A DNA stretch of 64,000 nt from Lama glama (GCA_028534125.1 CM052823.1:38688001-38752000); one strand, 5' to 3'. Shown: positions 12,857-26,599, counted from the stretch's first letter. Numbers and translations are program-made. Notes: generated by a model from the letters alone, not told the origin.

Positions 12857-13689
12857 GTGAGTAAGCACGGATGCTGTACATTTTACATAGCAAACATGTT
12901 GGGGAAGACCTACCTTACTCCTGAGTGATATCCTGCACTTGCTAAAATAAAAGCTTTATTATAGCCCATTGCCAAACCTGAGTCTACAGAGAGAGGCAAC
13001 CACACAAATGAACAGTTAGATAGTTATTTATGTAAATGCCCCCAAATACATTTCTTTCACTTAACCCCACAGAGGAGTGAGTTCTATATTCAGCTGCCTT
13101 CAGGACATGGTGTTCTCCACTAGAGTAATCTACTGGCAGCTGTCACACCATGAGAATGAAACACACACGTCTTGTGGCTGCTAGATCATGTATTCAGCAC
13201 AGAACCTCATCATAGCCTGTTTTTCTATTATATGTAACAATGTGCTAGTTCCATAAAGCATTCACTAAAATGAAACAACAAAGAACTACATAATATGGAC
13301 CTCTAAGTTCTGATGTTGACGGTATCTGTTTTTCTCAATAAGCATCAACAAAGGAGAAAATTTCCGGTGGTTTTCCAACTACAGTCTAACATCAAGGCAC
13401 TTAGAAGAAAAGTGTGCAGATGGCCAGTGGTAGCAGGAGGGTGGCAATTACATCAGATATCTTGTAGTTAACTTATCTTGTTGCTGCAATATTATTATAA
13501 TGTCACAATGTTCAACAAAAATTCATTACACTTGACTGATGTTTGGTCATAAGGGGCAAAGGTGGCTCTTTTAAGGTGCCCCAAAGTAAGGAGCATGAGT
13601 AATGGTGGAAGCAGAAAGCAGTCAGGAGTTGAGGAGGTTTTTGCTGCGTGTCTGAGTATGAACTTGCGTGTGTCTCTGTTTCATACGTT

Positions 13690-14180
13690 TTCTCTGAGGG
13701 ACTTCATAGACACCAACTCACACCTTTTTAGCACATCTCTTCTTTGTTCTCCCCCTTCTCTTGGTCCTCATCCTCAAATTTTCAGCCTGTAATCTCTGCG
13801 CTGACCCCAAGTCTACCCCGTAGCCTTTCAGTTCAGTTTCAAAAACCAATCTGCTCAGGCTCTGAATTTCCTCCATTCTAAAATCCAACAAGAGAGCAGA
13901 GAGAGGGTGTCTCCTCTTTTCTACCCAGACACCTCTGCTGGAGGTGACCGACAAGACTATGGAAGGGCCATCCTTGGATCTTATGTGCCTAGTCAGTCCA
14001 ATCTAGTCTTGTCAGACAATGCAGCCACTGGTTCAGCAGGTCAGTGACATGTCCAAGTACAGCTCACAACACTGAGGGCATGAAACTGGCAAAACAGCCC
14101 ACCAGTGAGCTGCTGCTGGCAGGGAGGATACTTCAGGGCAGAGCAGGACTAGTGATGGCAGCTGTGTTTCCAGCTAATGG
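13690..14180. mobile_element. Ancient ERVL-type LTR fragment
   Basis: Degenerate resemblance to the LTR16/LTR33 class; subfamily and strand not resolved. Confidence 0.35.
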
Positions 14181-15179
14181 AGAACTGTGTTTTCACTTCT
14201 ATCTGGAAGCAATTCAGAGGTAAAAGCCTTTTCTCTTGTATTTTTTGGTTAAAAGGAAAAAAACTCAGACTATAAGAGAGCACAGGAAAAAAAAAGATAG
14301 CATTCCCTGCTAATAAGTAATTAGAAGCTAGAATTTTTCACACTGAAATGGGTAGAGTAAGGTATCCTTGGAAACAAAATGGATTAAAACTAAACAACAA
14401 TAACAATAAAACTGTACTTCAAATAAACTTGGAGCAAATGCTCTCAGGGTCTTAGTACATGGAAATGATCATGCCAGAAGAGTCTGTAGAAGAGTAAGAG
14501 TGACACTCAGAAGAGGAACAGCAGCCACTATAGGACCGAAGAGAAGAAACAGGTGTCAGATACTGCTGCTACTAGTATGTCATTATTTTCAGTATCTATA
14601 TTAATGTCTTTTATTAGCTATCCTTGGTCCCTGTTTTCAGTCATCCTTAGTGAAGGGACTTAGGAAAGAATGTCCAAACCCTGCTGTGCTCTTGGTCGTT
14701 TGTTACCCAGGATTATGCTTCCTTTATCTGATGTGTAGTAAACCATATATGTTTTTTAAGCCATGGTAGAACTTAAACACGCATCTCTCTTGTTCATGCC
14801 ATCTGCAAATAGATACTTCTATTACTGCTCATCACATGAGCTTTCAAGCAATAGGAAAATGACACAGCAAGGCTGTCCGGAGCTTTTTCCTTCAAAATGT
14901 TGTTTTTTAAGCAGTTGCCTAGTATCTTATTATTGACTCAGCCATCTCCCCATCTGTTTCAAGGAAAGAAACAAAAGTGACCAGCAATCTTCTTGTTTAC
15001 ATCTCTAGTCTCAATCCACCATGGAAGAAGAAGGAAGTGGTTACGCAGACTTAAATTCTAACAGAATACATTTGAACTTATTGCTCTCATTGCTTTTTTT
15101 TTTTTTAACGACTTAGAGGTTGTGTCTAGGATGAAACTAATTCAGGAATGCTCACAATCTTTGTTGTGGCATCGGAACC

Positions 15180-15295
15180 TAAGCTCTATATGGGCAGTAG
15201 GAGCGCATGCCTGGGTTGTTTCCCTGATGCCTAGGACAGTGTTTGGCCCAAGATATTGACTCAATTAATATTTGTTGAATGATTCAATTAATTAA
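15180..15295 (+). mobile_element. L2 3' end
   Basis: 'gcctaggacagtgtttggccca...ctcaattaatatttgttgaatga'. Confidence 0.7.
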
Positions 15296-16879
15296 TTGAT
15301 AGTAGGCAGGAAGGGCGGAAAGGACAAAGGGAGGTAAAGGTCACTAATAATGTTTTTGCAGGATTTTCTTCCCATTTTTTTAGTTACTGTTATACCAGCA
15401 GAATCCAAATTTGGACACTTTACTAAACACAGCTGTTAGGGCATGCTGAATGATAGACAGAGATCTTCCAAATTACTTAAATCTAAAAGCAGCAGTCCTC
15501 CTTGTCCTCAACTAAGCCAGTGAGAAGTTTGGGTATGCTAGAGTTACTGTCAGACACATCTGACTTTTTGAGTTGAAGTTTTGAAAATTACTGGGGTACT
15601 ACTCAACTGTGACCTGATACGGCATCAGCAATTTTAGAAATGAACAATGATATTATGATTGATGACCCTGGCCATGTTCTGATTACTGTTTGTAGTTTCA
15701 TCATCTGAGTTGCAATTCACCGCCTATTAGCTCATATCAACGTCTGGTTATAAAAGTGTTCATAATATTTACAATGAGAGGCCTTGGTGATTACAGTCAT
15801 ATAAATGTGTGAATAATTGAGAGGTTATGCTGCTGTACACGCCTCATCAAGCTTCCTTTTCAAGTCGCAAGAACATATTTAAAGCTCAACACTAGACCTC
15901 AATTATGCTTGAATTACCAGCAAGGGGGAAAAAAGAACCACATTAACAAAGCTGTCAGAAACACCCTCTGCTTTAAATTTACTTGGACAACTGGACAATG
16001 GAAATAGTTCACTCACTGAAAGGTTGACTTCATTTGGTAAAGATTCCACTGAATTTAAAAGAAGAAGGAAAAGAAAGAGCCTTAAAATTTATTGAGTTTC
16101 TATCTTGCTCCTTAAGAACGTAGATGGAAAGTCAATCTTGATAAAAGGATTGTAAAGTTGACTGGATTGCCAAACTTACATTGCAGATTCAGTATAATCG
16201 ATACAGAGAGAAGTGATATGTTTATGCATATACATACACGATCCAACAAGATCATGTTATAGTGGTCTCAATAAATTACAGAAGACCCAGCAATAAAATA
16301 ATTTGGTGCAGTGTATACCACCCAAAGATTACACTTAAGTGTCTACCAAATTTGCTATGACTCCACAAGAGAAGGTCCTGAACTTTGGAACTGAAACTAA
16401 CCAACACTTGTGGAACAGTTCTATCTTTTTCCACCAATAAAGATACATTTCATACCATGCTATTTTAAAGGATACTTCAGGTTTCAGGGATAACTCCAAA
16501 TTGTTCTAATGTGAAAACATGAAGAAAAAAAAATGTATGGTAAAATTAAAAGATAATAACCACCGAAATTCAAAGACTTTATTAAAATTCTAATCCATAT
16601 TTATTTTTAATATGATGCATTTTGCAATCTGTACAATTGTCTAAGTGGATATAATCTTGGATTCATCCTATAAGGATAAGTTTTTAATTTTAAACTGTCC
16701 TTGGATACACTTGATAAATTTCTTACCCTAAATCCCACATTTATGGAAAATCACTCAAAACAAAGTAGATTCCTATTGCTTTGAAATCACCCTATTAGGT
16801 GATTACCATTTTAAAACATCTCTTGATTTGCTCAGAGTTCTTCTCAGCACCTCACCTTAGATGAAGGTAGCATAAAACA

Positions 16880-17070
16880 GGAAATGTTAGAAACTTAGTG
16901 TTGTTAGGAGCCTTAAAGGCCAACTCATCCTATTCACTCATTATAAAGAGGAGGAAACAGAAGTTCAGAGTGTTCAGTGACTCATCCAAGGCCACAATAC
17001 AACAACACAGTGGCAAAGCTTGGATTACCATCCAATTGTCTGACTCTTTCCCTGATTTTCTTTCCCTATA
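16880..17070 (-). mobile_element. MIR SINE
   Basis: 'ctcattataaagaggaggaaacagaagttcagag...gtgactcatccaaggccaca'. Confidence 0.75.
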
Positions 17071-17634
17071 CTGTCTTCACCAACATCAGATGCCCCCCAA
17101 CAGCCACCACCATTTTTCCCTCCCATGCAAACTCTACCAAAGAAATGAAGTAATTCAATTAAGAAAGTGTTCATCGTACACCTACATGCTTGTCGACTCT
17201 AGAAGGTAAGGTGGGCAGGTATAAAGCTGACTAAGGCTTAGGTTCCTGGCCCTGGGAGGAAGACATGCTCCCAGATGACCATTAGCCATAGTCAGGACTA
17301 ACAGAAGAGCCACCATGGAAATAGCCAGTGCTGAGAGTCATTTCTGGTTAAAAGACGTTGGAGTGCTTTGAGGGATAGGTGAAATTTGAGGATGAATGAG
17401 GAAGATTTTGGCCGGTGACTTGTTATTCACTCTGGAGAAGTAGTTCATTCTTTTCCAACTAGTTCAATTTTAACCGCTTAAAAATATAACCTAAAAATAT
17501 AGTAGCCCATATCTTGTCAATGAATGGTGAGACAGAATGTTACTGAAGACTGAACAGATAAGCCTGCAGACTACTAAATGCACCTTTCCCCATAGCTTTG
17601 CCCAAGTAATTCGCATAAATCTGTCCCCAACCCA

Positions 17635-17800
17635 GTGCTTCATTTTACAGTAAGGTGTGAAGAGAAAATATTATTTCATTAGTTTTAGGGATTTAAAAAA
17701 TGATGATCAGAGAGATTGAAGACTTGCCCACAGACGTGTGGCTGACAAGTGGCAGAACTGAGACTAAAACCCATTTCTCCCCACATTTTCCATCCCACCC
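17635..17800 (-). mobile_element. MIR SINE fragment
   Basis: 'cagagagattgaagacttgcccacagac...aagtggcagaactgagactaaaaccca'. Confidence 0.6.
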
Positions 17801-19230
17801 TGTTGTCTTTACAAGTTTACTGCTTTCAAAAACATTTTTATGAGCCCTGAAGAAGATAGGAGTTGGGGAAATACAAGGTCACAAACTTTCAGAACACCAT
17901 TACAAAACCAATCTTGACAAATCAGATACAGTCGTGGTACACTGTGTATGCACTCACGACCCCCATCACAGCAGTTATCAGCAACCTAGTGTTACTGGGC
18001 AGCATCCTCTCTGTATGGTTGGTCAGGCATCGCGTACACATTCGCCTTCGTTTCTAAGAAAACTAGAAACACCTGGATCATGTTAGGTCACTTCTGGGTT
18101 TCTACAGCTGGATTTTATGCTTCTCCCCTCTTAAGGAGTTGACAATTCTGCAAAAATCTTGATACTCAGCCAAGAAAACAAGAGCCTTTCATTTTGCACG
18201 CGGATATTTCTATATGTTCTGGCGAAAGAGTGGAGTGGGGAGAGTGAGTTGGAAATTATTCCTTATGGTGTATAAATGAAAGTGTGTGCAATAAGAACTA
18301 CGGGTCACGACCTTCTAGGGCAGATATGTGAAGCAAGAAAACCCACCCCATTTTCCTCCTAAACAATCCTCTTCAGCATTACAAGTGGCTGCATGACTCA
18401 ATAGCTCAGTCAGAAGAGCCCAGTAGAGAGTAACTTCAGGCCGCCTGTGCTTCGAGGACCATCTGCTGTGTGGGTCTGTGCAGCTGGGCCTCTGCGCGGT
18501 CCTCCCTCCACCCTCTCTCCAAGAGACACTTGAAAATCTCCTTGATCCAAGCAAAGGGCAGGGGGCCAGGGGTGGGGTGGCCCTGCGGACTCTGTAGCAC
18601 ACTGTTTCTCTAGTTGGAAGTTTCTGATGTAAAATTAGTCATCAATTGAGCTATTTTTTTCCATGAGTCTAAACTCTGGCTTTTTGAATGTAATGTGTAG
18701 ATGTAAAATCTCCAAACCATGGGAAGAGCTACAGTTTCCACAACATGAACTTTGAGGCCGGCACAGTTCAGAGTTAATTTGACATTAACCAAACATTACT
18801 TCCCTACCCAGGCAGTGAGCTGAAAATCACATACCAAAAACAAGAAAAGGAGGTTCTCTGTCCAAGAGAACATGAAATACTCTGAGACAGTGTGAAACAA
18901 AGGCTCGTTGGCTTTCTGCATACGACAAGAACAGGTCAAGGTGTATGCACGGGAGGGGTGGTAAATGGTGCTTTGTGTTTACCGCTTATGAAATATGTAC
19001 ATCACCCAGCAGGGAGAAAGCCAAGGCAAGAGGGCAGACTCCACCTGCTGCTGTATCATTTCCTTGACCAAACTGGAATAGTTTACATATATATTTATTT
19101 CCTCTCAATGCATAGCTCAGTGTTTGTGTGCAGCTGGAGGTAAGAGGGCAAGTGTGTCTCTTATAAAAGATCCCTTCCACATGGGCCGTCTTGGTCGTAC
19201 ATCTGATGTACTCCTATTAGATGCAATCCT

Positions 19231-19539
19231 GTTTTTTTCGTCATACACTTTATTTTTTTTCTTGAAAAGCTGATTTTTTTTTAATTGAAGTGTAGTTGAT
19301 GTACAATGTTGTGTTAGTTTCTGGTATACAGAATAGTGATTCAGTTATATATATGTATATGTATATATTCCTTTTCCTATTTTTCATTATGTTATTATCA
19401 GATATTGAATACAATTCTCTGTGCTATACAGCAGGACCTTGTTTATTTTACGTATAGTAGTTAGTATCTGCAAATCTCGAACTCCCGTTTTATCCATCCC
19501 CGCCCCATTTTTCCCTGGTAACCGTAAGTTTGTTTTCTG
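19231..19539 (-). mobile_element. 5'-truncated cetartiodactyl L1 tail with a short 3' extension
   Basis: 'ttaattgaagtgtagttgatgtacaatgttgtgttagtttctggt...ggtaaccgtaagtttgttttct'; TSD ttagatgcaatcct (19217-19230) / ttagatgccatact (19540-19553). Confidence 0.9.
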
Positions 19540-22500
19540 TTAGATGCCATACTTTGAATCTATTTCACCATTGTCACATCCTGAGCTCTGTCCAGCCAAT
19601 GGCCATTAAAATCAGGGTACCATGCTCCAGCTTCATTCTTGCAATTGTCTAAACCTTTCTTTGATTGCTCCTGCTCTTGCCTCATTCTGGTTCCACCCAG
19701 CTCCTGTCTCTTGACTTTGTCGCTCATTGTCCAACCTGAAGGAAGTGCCTTGTATTTATTGGCAGCGCTTGCCTGTGCTTGTGTTCAGCCTTTGTCATCC
19801 CTAAGGACAGTGGCTCAGAATCACCCATTGTCTTGTCCACTCTGGGCACCCAGATGGTGATTTCCTCTTCCCCCTACCCAGCTCTGGTCCCAGACTGCAG
19901 CCCTGACCTATCAAGCCCCATCCCGCTGGGTTGGGGGAGGGGTGGAGGTGTGTATCATCCATCACTCTACTGAAGGACAGCTTGTTACCTTATTAAGGAG
20001 TCTCACGCCATGGAATTAAACAGAACGAGAAACCTCCTTAGGTGAAAGGGTCAGAGGAAATAAAGGGTTATTACTGAATATTAATAAAACAAAGTAAGAA
20101 AAACAGTAACCATAGGGAGTATTCCTCCCTCCTCAATATCAACAGCCAAAAACTGATAAATTTGCTCCTACGGGGAGAACTCTGCAGCTCCTAACAAGAG
20201 ACGCTGCCTCTTAGGAGGTACCACTGGCAGTATCAAAACCCACAGTATTTCAGAAGGACATTCCAAATACAGTCATTGTCAAGGCCATTGTCAAAAAAAC
20301 AGTGCGTTAGGAGAACCTAAGTTACATGCCCATATATTTTGCTTGGAAGATGAGAAATATGCAAGAGCCACTCCCATTCAGTCAGAGAGAGCATCGCACA
20401 AGAGGACGGGTTATCAGGATCCTTGAAAACTAGCAATGAAGCCGTTTAGAAAGGCTGGCAAAGGAGGAGATGCCAAGGGTCAGAGACCCGAAGCAGTCGG
20501 ACTTAGAGCTGAGTGGGGCACATGATTGAAGAGAGAGAACGCTGTGGAGGGAAGCATGTAATGGGGAAGAAGAGGAAATGATAGTAGCTACGGCTCATTA
20601 CCCATGAAGAAACCAAGGTTAGAAAGGATGGGGAATGTGCCGGACCCAACTTATGCTACCTCCTGCCCTGGGCTCGTTCAGAAATGGTTTCCTGTCGCTC
20701 GTGACCCCTCAGGAAGCTTGCCCAGCACCAAGTGCTGTCTGGTTGGCCCCAGTGAGAGGTTTTGACCTTTGCTGGAGGAAGTTGCATGTCTGTCTTCATG
20801 GTGACGGTCTGTGTGCTGGGCCAGCTGGACCCGCTGCAGCCGCTGCTCCTGGAATCTAATGTCGTTACAGACGTGACTGAAAGCATCTTTCTTTCCACCT
20901 CACACCCGGAGCATTGTGCCTCTTGCCAAAGGCTTTGTTTTAGTCACTGTGGTGTGAGGTGCCATGAGACCCTCTTGGGGCTCACATACACGGACCGGTT
21001 GTCTTGGTTCTGCAGAGCGTGGGAAGGCTGGCCGGCAGGGCCCCTGGCTCGCTGAAGAGGCAGCTGCTCTCTTGGGTCCGGGCTTCCAGAGTGGCTACAG
21101 GAGGACCAGCTGGTACAACCCAGAGGTGCAGAGGAGTCGTGGGCAAAACAGTGGGAGAGAAGGGCTGATGGATAAATCCTTCTCTCTTCCACCTCACAGG
21201 TGGACTGTCCTGCTTTAAAGTGATAGCACATACAATTTTGCCTCCAGCTTTGTTTTCCAGACTAACTGTGGGCTGAGATAAGTATTAGCCCTACCAATGC
21301 ACAACTTTGAGAGTGGAGATTCAAGCCCAGGATAACCTCAGCTTTGATACACAGATGAGCAGAGACCCCGGGTAGCCATTTAAATGAAAGAAGGAACCAG
21401 ACTCCAGTGAAAGAACAATGATAGGCCGTCTGAATTCCTAAACAAGAGAGGAGTAGAGCAAAGTCAGGAGAACAGGTGCCACCTTCTGTAATCTTGGCTG
21501 TCTCGCCCAGAGGAAAATAAAAGCTGCCAGGTCTCTGCCTACCGTCTTTCCATCACAACAGCATCCTTGCAGTGATTGGTGGTCTTGAGTTATCCTAGGA
21601 GAAGAAATTGTCCATGAAGGTAACAGAAGTTTGTTTCTATATGTAATTTTCACTCTGTTCTACATTCCTTTTAGAGCACTATCTCTAAAATGGGTACAAA
21701 ACATTACTTGACAAGAGATTCCATTTATACTTCCTCTACGATTTTAAGATAAAGACTTCAATTGAAGAATCTTGACCACAATGCTAAATTCTTTACGTGA
21801 GCAATAGCAATAGAACACTCTCCCGGAAAAGCCCACCATCTTCAGCAAAGAGATGTAATTTTTTAAGACAGGTGTATCTTTGATTTCTTTTACTGTCTTT
21901 GGGAGCTCTATATTTTTACACTGCGCACTGACATTCCTGTAACAAAGAAAAGATCTCTGACGTACATTTGCCAGCCCTATTTCATGGACTGAGCTCTAAT
22001 TTTCTCCAGTTGTAGACGATGGGCTACACATTACCAAATAAATTTGCTCTGGCTTTGCTTCTAGTGAAATGTGCATCGTCTCCCCGGAGAACTATTAGGC
22101 AGATGATACAATAATTTCCTTGGACTCTGTCGATCCTCCTAGTTCATCTCGGAATTCTCTCTCCAGTCTTTACAGCATGTCTGGGTTCAGGCAGCAACAC
22201 TGTTGTCTCATTCATCCTCTTGAATATACCCCTCCCCCATTTTCTTCATTCCATCAAAGACAACTCATTAGCAAAGGTCACATAAAAACACCATGACCAT
22301 CAAAGAACATTAAGAATATTTAAACTCTCCCTCCTAGAATCCTTAACCACAAATGTCTAGAATCGATGGTATTCCTGGTATTAAAATCTTCCTTTTTCTA
22401 CAAATGTGCTCAAATGAGAAAGCTTGGAGGTAAAAAAAAAAATTTTTTTTTGAGCTGGATCTGTTTGGAATTTCCAGCTTAGTGAAGTTTGGGTTCCACA

Positions 22501-23073
22501 CCAGTTGCCCACTGGACCTTCAAGGAAGTACCAGGAGAGCCAGAGTCTGTTGGTAAAACTAGTTAAAGGAGACACTCAGAGGCATCGCTGGGGTCAATTT
22601 CATAGCTTCTATCGGCCAGCACTATTGCTGTAAACTTTTATATGGTTCAAATAGAGATTAAGGACTGGTTTGGCTGGGAAAAGAGATCACTTGTCCAAGT
22701 CCAAGAAGCTAGCCAAGAGGTGTGTATGGAAAGTGTTGTCCAACTCTGTGCCTTGAGTGAGACACTGGCAGTGAGTACTTCAGTGACTGAAATGTGTCTG
22801 AGGGCATCATGTCCCTTTTAGGCTTGCGAAGCCACCTTCTCTCTGCCTGCCCATGTGCCAACAATAGAGGGGTCCTCATTATTGGGACAACACTGTCCTT
22901 TGAAGAACTTTATTGTCCCATGAAATAATGACTGCCACTTAAGAAAACAGAATCAAATGGATTTGAGTTTTCAAAAAGGAACTTAACTAGACACAAACAG
23001 ATTTTAAGAAACCTAGTCATTTGGAACAGAAAAAAAAAATTCTTGGTCTGCCACTTTTTTTTAATGCTAAGTG

Positions 23074-23108
23074 GTTTGTTTGTTTGTTTGTTTGTTTGTT
23101 GTTTGTTT
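23074..23108. repeat. (GTTT)n microsatellite
   Basis: Seen directly. Confidence 0.9.
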
Positions 23109-23799
23109 TTACTTTGACTTCAGTGGTTTCTTGGAATCCATTCAGGCCATTTCAACACAGCCTAGTAATTCACATGCCATCCAAAATGTACAGACCAAAG
23201 TACCTTCAGAGAAATCCAAGGAGCACAGATTATCCATTTGATCACTTTTCTGTTTGAAGGAGAGTCACCACTTTGTTCCTACTCTGAATCCAGCTTTCAT
23301 ACTGTGGTTGTTGAGTGGGAACCAGGAAGGAGTGAACTGTGGCCTTTGAAGCAATATTAAGTGTTGGAAAAATAATCTATATTTGTTGAGATTTCGGACT
23401 GAAGACGTAGCAGAACCATACAGACAAGGAGTCAGAGATGCCCTTTCTTCAGGAATGAATGCCCTCCTACTGAGGGTCCAGGGAGAAAGAGTAACACCTG
23501 CAAAGCCCCTCCACCTCCATGGTGGAGTAAAAGGAGAAATCTGGTGGCCTTCCATCATTCCTTTCCCTCAAATCTATAATTCAGGAAGCACCAACATGGT
23601 TAAAAGAAAGGACAACAAGTGAAAATAGAAGTCCTGCTGGTAGACATGATCTTTCCTTCCTGGGGAAATCTCACAGCGATCAACTTTTTTTGTGATTTTT
23701 AGACCCCTGATTATTTCTCCTTATCAGAGGGCTATGTAGTGTGCTCTACACTGGGTGCCGGAATGTAATAGGAATGCTAGCAAAGAAGAATGCATTCAG

Positions 23800-24180
23800 G
23801 AAAAGGAAAAAGAAGTGAACATTTTTGGGAACATGTTACAACAATGAAGGATCTGGTAAAAGTGTCATGTAAGGAATCATTGAGGTTATAGAAGAAATTT
23901 AGCCAAGAGATGACTTTATGGGATAGTACTTCTGTGTGAAGGAGAAAACGAGACTTATCTTGTGTAACTCCTCAAGACAGAACTACAACTAAGATTCAGC
24001 GGAATGGGAAGATTTTACTTTAAGGGGAAAAAACAGAGCTAACATTTTAACATGCTGCATAAATAAGGAGTAAGCTTTTCAACACTGAAGATATTTTACT
24101 AGAAACTAGATGACTCCTTGTCAGGGATGTTTCTAAGGGAATGTCTCCTTGGAATAATGTTTGAACATATTTCCAACTAA
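23800..24180 (+). mobile_element. CR1/L3 LINE 3' fragment
   Basis: 'agacttatcttgtgtaactcctcaagacagaacta...cactgaagatatttt...ctagatgactccttgtcagggatg' is L3-like. Confidence 0.55.
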
Positions 24181-24519
24181 AATAGTCCCTGAGAACCAAT
24201 CAGCACTGGTACTTACGATTACAACTCTTCAAGATAAAAAAGTGGGCACCAAATCAGCAAATTTACACAGAACTGCTTTGACAGTAGAATTTTTCATTGA
24301 TTCATTTTCATCAGATAATCCTCTGAGCCCCTAGAAGATGCCTGTACGGTTTTCGGTGCTATGGTACAGTAACCGAGAAGGCAGAGGGGGCTCTGCCTTC
24401 GTGACCCAGGAATTCTTGTGGGAGTCCCATGCAATAAACACTTTTAGGCAGTGACAAATCCTGTAAAGAACATAAAAAGACAGACATAGGCTAGAGTGGA
24501 AGTGGGGCAGCTGCTTTGC

Positions 24520-24990
24520 CAGCATGAGCAGGGAGGTCCGCCCTTGGAAAAGTCATCTGAGCTAAAGACTTGAATGAACAGGAAAAGCTGGCCATGCTGA
24601 GAGCTGGAGGAAGGGAGAAGCAGGGCTCCTGAGGCCGAAGGGACCATCATCCCAAAACAGAATCAAGGCAGGCATCCTTATGAGGACGGGTTAGAGAGAA
24701 AGGCAGATCATGTCGGACTGTGTGGACCATTGTGGGGCACTTGGATTCTCCTTGTATTGCCGTGGAAGCTATCAGAAAGTGGGAAGTCATGGAGTGACAT
24801 GGCCCGGTTTACTTTTTAAAATTAGCCTGACTGTTGTGTAGAAAGCGCAGGTCAGGAGCCAGGGGTGAAAGCAGGAGGTCCAGTCGGGAATGGGTCACAG
24901 TGGTCTTGGTCTAGGTGAGAGCTAGTGAGGACCCAGGAGGTGGCATAATTCAGATAGCATGTTGACTGTTCTTTAGACACTGGTAGGCCA
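24520..24990 (-). mobile_element. L2 LINE fragment
   Basis: 'catctgagctaaagacttgaatga...ggcagatcatgtcggactgtgtggaccattg...ggagtgacatggcccggtttactttttaaaa'. Confidence 0.75.
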
Positions 24991-25032
24991 CCAGTCTGAA
25001 TGCTGTTCAAAATGGAAATGACTTGACTCTGC

Positions 25033-25035
<3 letters not shown>

Positions 25036-25070
<35 letters not shown>
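25036..25070. repeat. (TG)17 microsatellite
   Basis: Seen directly. Confidence 0.95.
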
Positions 25071-25072
<2 letters not shown>

Positions 25073-25419
25073 ATATGTATGTATATATATACATTATACT
25101 TGAGGAGTTTACACATAGTATTTTTAGAACTGGAACCAGAAGTTGAATAGAAAGCAATCTTTGATACCCCAGGATGAATCAGATGGATGGAGAATTCAAC
25201 AAAAAACAGGACAATACCAAAGTTTTCATTGTTACTTCCTTCAAAAACACTCTCCCAGTTTTCCGAGGAAAGTCCAGAATCCACTGTGTCTAGTTACATG
25301 AGTAGATCTAACTGATAGAGAAATTGGTATTTATAACACCTTCTGGGATGGACTTTTTTCTCCAGCTGCGAGAAGACAGCATGGGGACAAACCACAGACT
25401 AACTCTGGCCACCTCCTCA

Positions 25420-25470
25420 AGGCCCCGCCCAGTGTCACACAGAACAAGTAACATAACAAGTGATTGGCTC
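25420..25470. promoter_or_regulatory. GC box plus CCAAT box pair (candidate promoter)
   Basis: ggccccgccc at 25421-25430 and tgattggct at ~25461-25469, in apparently unique sequence. Confidence 0.35.
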
Positions 25471-26599
25471 TTCTAGTTTGTTGAACGGGGAAGAAATAAA
25501 AAGCTAACTTACAGGTATTCAGCCTCAGTGGTTGTTATTTTACACTAAGGGAAAATAAGCAGTTGTTTGGAAACTGCAGGTGATATGACCCGTTTGAACC
25601 AAGATTTAAACCTTAGTTTTATGTGCAGATGGGTAAGCCATCAATCACTTGGCCATAGGTGGGAAATCTTTGCTTAAGTCATCAATGCTCCCAAGTGTAA
25701 TCTTACCTGTGTTAAGCAGGGGAATTCTGTTTTTCTACTGTGATTTGATATTGAGAAATAACATGAACAGATAAGCTTTGTAGCAGTCCTGGAAAACCCT
25801 GATACTCCTAACAAATAAGAACCTCTGGGCTCAAAGAGCTGGACTCCGGCTCATTGTCATGTGTGTGATGACCAAGGAAATGTGGTGGAACCGGGATCAC
25901 TCAGAGAGACCAGAACACAGACTAATTGAAACCAACAGTAGGGAAGGGTGAGGGGTGTGAGGGAGAGAACCCATGAGATAAAGAGACTAGCCAGGGCTCA
26001 CATTTTCAAAGTTATTCCTTTACAATATTTTTCAGTTCATTTCAACATGGCAGCTAACTCAGGAGAACAGGTCTTCCTAAAGGCTCTGGCTCACATAGCT
26101 CACACCGAGTGGTCCTGACCCTTGGGTCTTGAAAATTCCTTCCCTCCCATTCCATTGTTCAGATTTTAAGGAGAATTGTCATTGTTTAAGGTCTCTTGAG
26201 AGGTTTCAGCTTGGGAGCTGTTCAGAATCCACCCTCCTTCCTTCCCTTTCTCCCCCACTTGCGGCACCAAAGCTGCCAGGTGGCCTGGCCTGGAGTTTTC
26301 TCACAATCTTCACCTCCTTCCAAAAGACAATTCCAGTCAGTAGTAAGGATGGTGGAGCAGCCATGTGAGAGGGAAGCTCCTGCACTCAGAGACATTAATT
26401 CTTATGCAATTGATTACACAGTGTTTGGGAAAGAGATTTCTCATAGGTCTAAACATCTGTGTGTCTATACACGTGACTATGTGTGTGCATGTGGACACAG
26501 CTAATGCAGGTACGTGCTAAAAGAGATGGGATGAAATAGCCACTCTGGTGATGGATATCATTATAAGAGAGAAACACTCATCTTCAAAGATTTCTCTTT

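Noticed and set aside
20635-21231. Cluster of overlapping ORFs in a GC-richer segment, with a repeated 'ttccacctcaca'
   Set aside because: No homology or consistent splice frame; the 12-bp repeat is plausible by chance.
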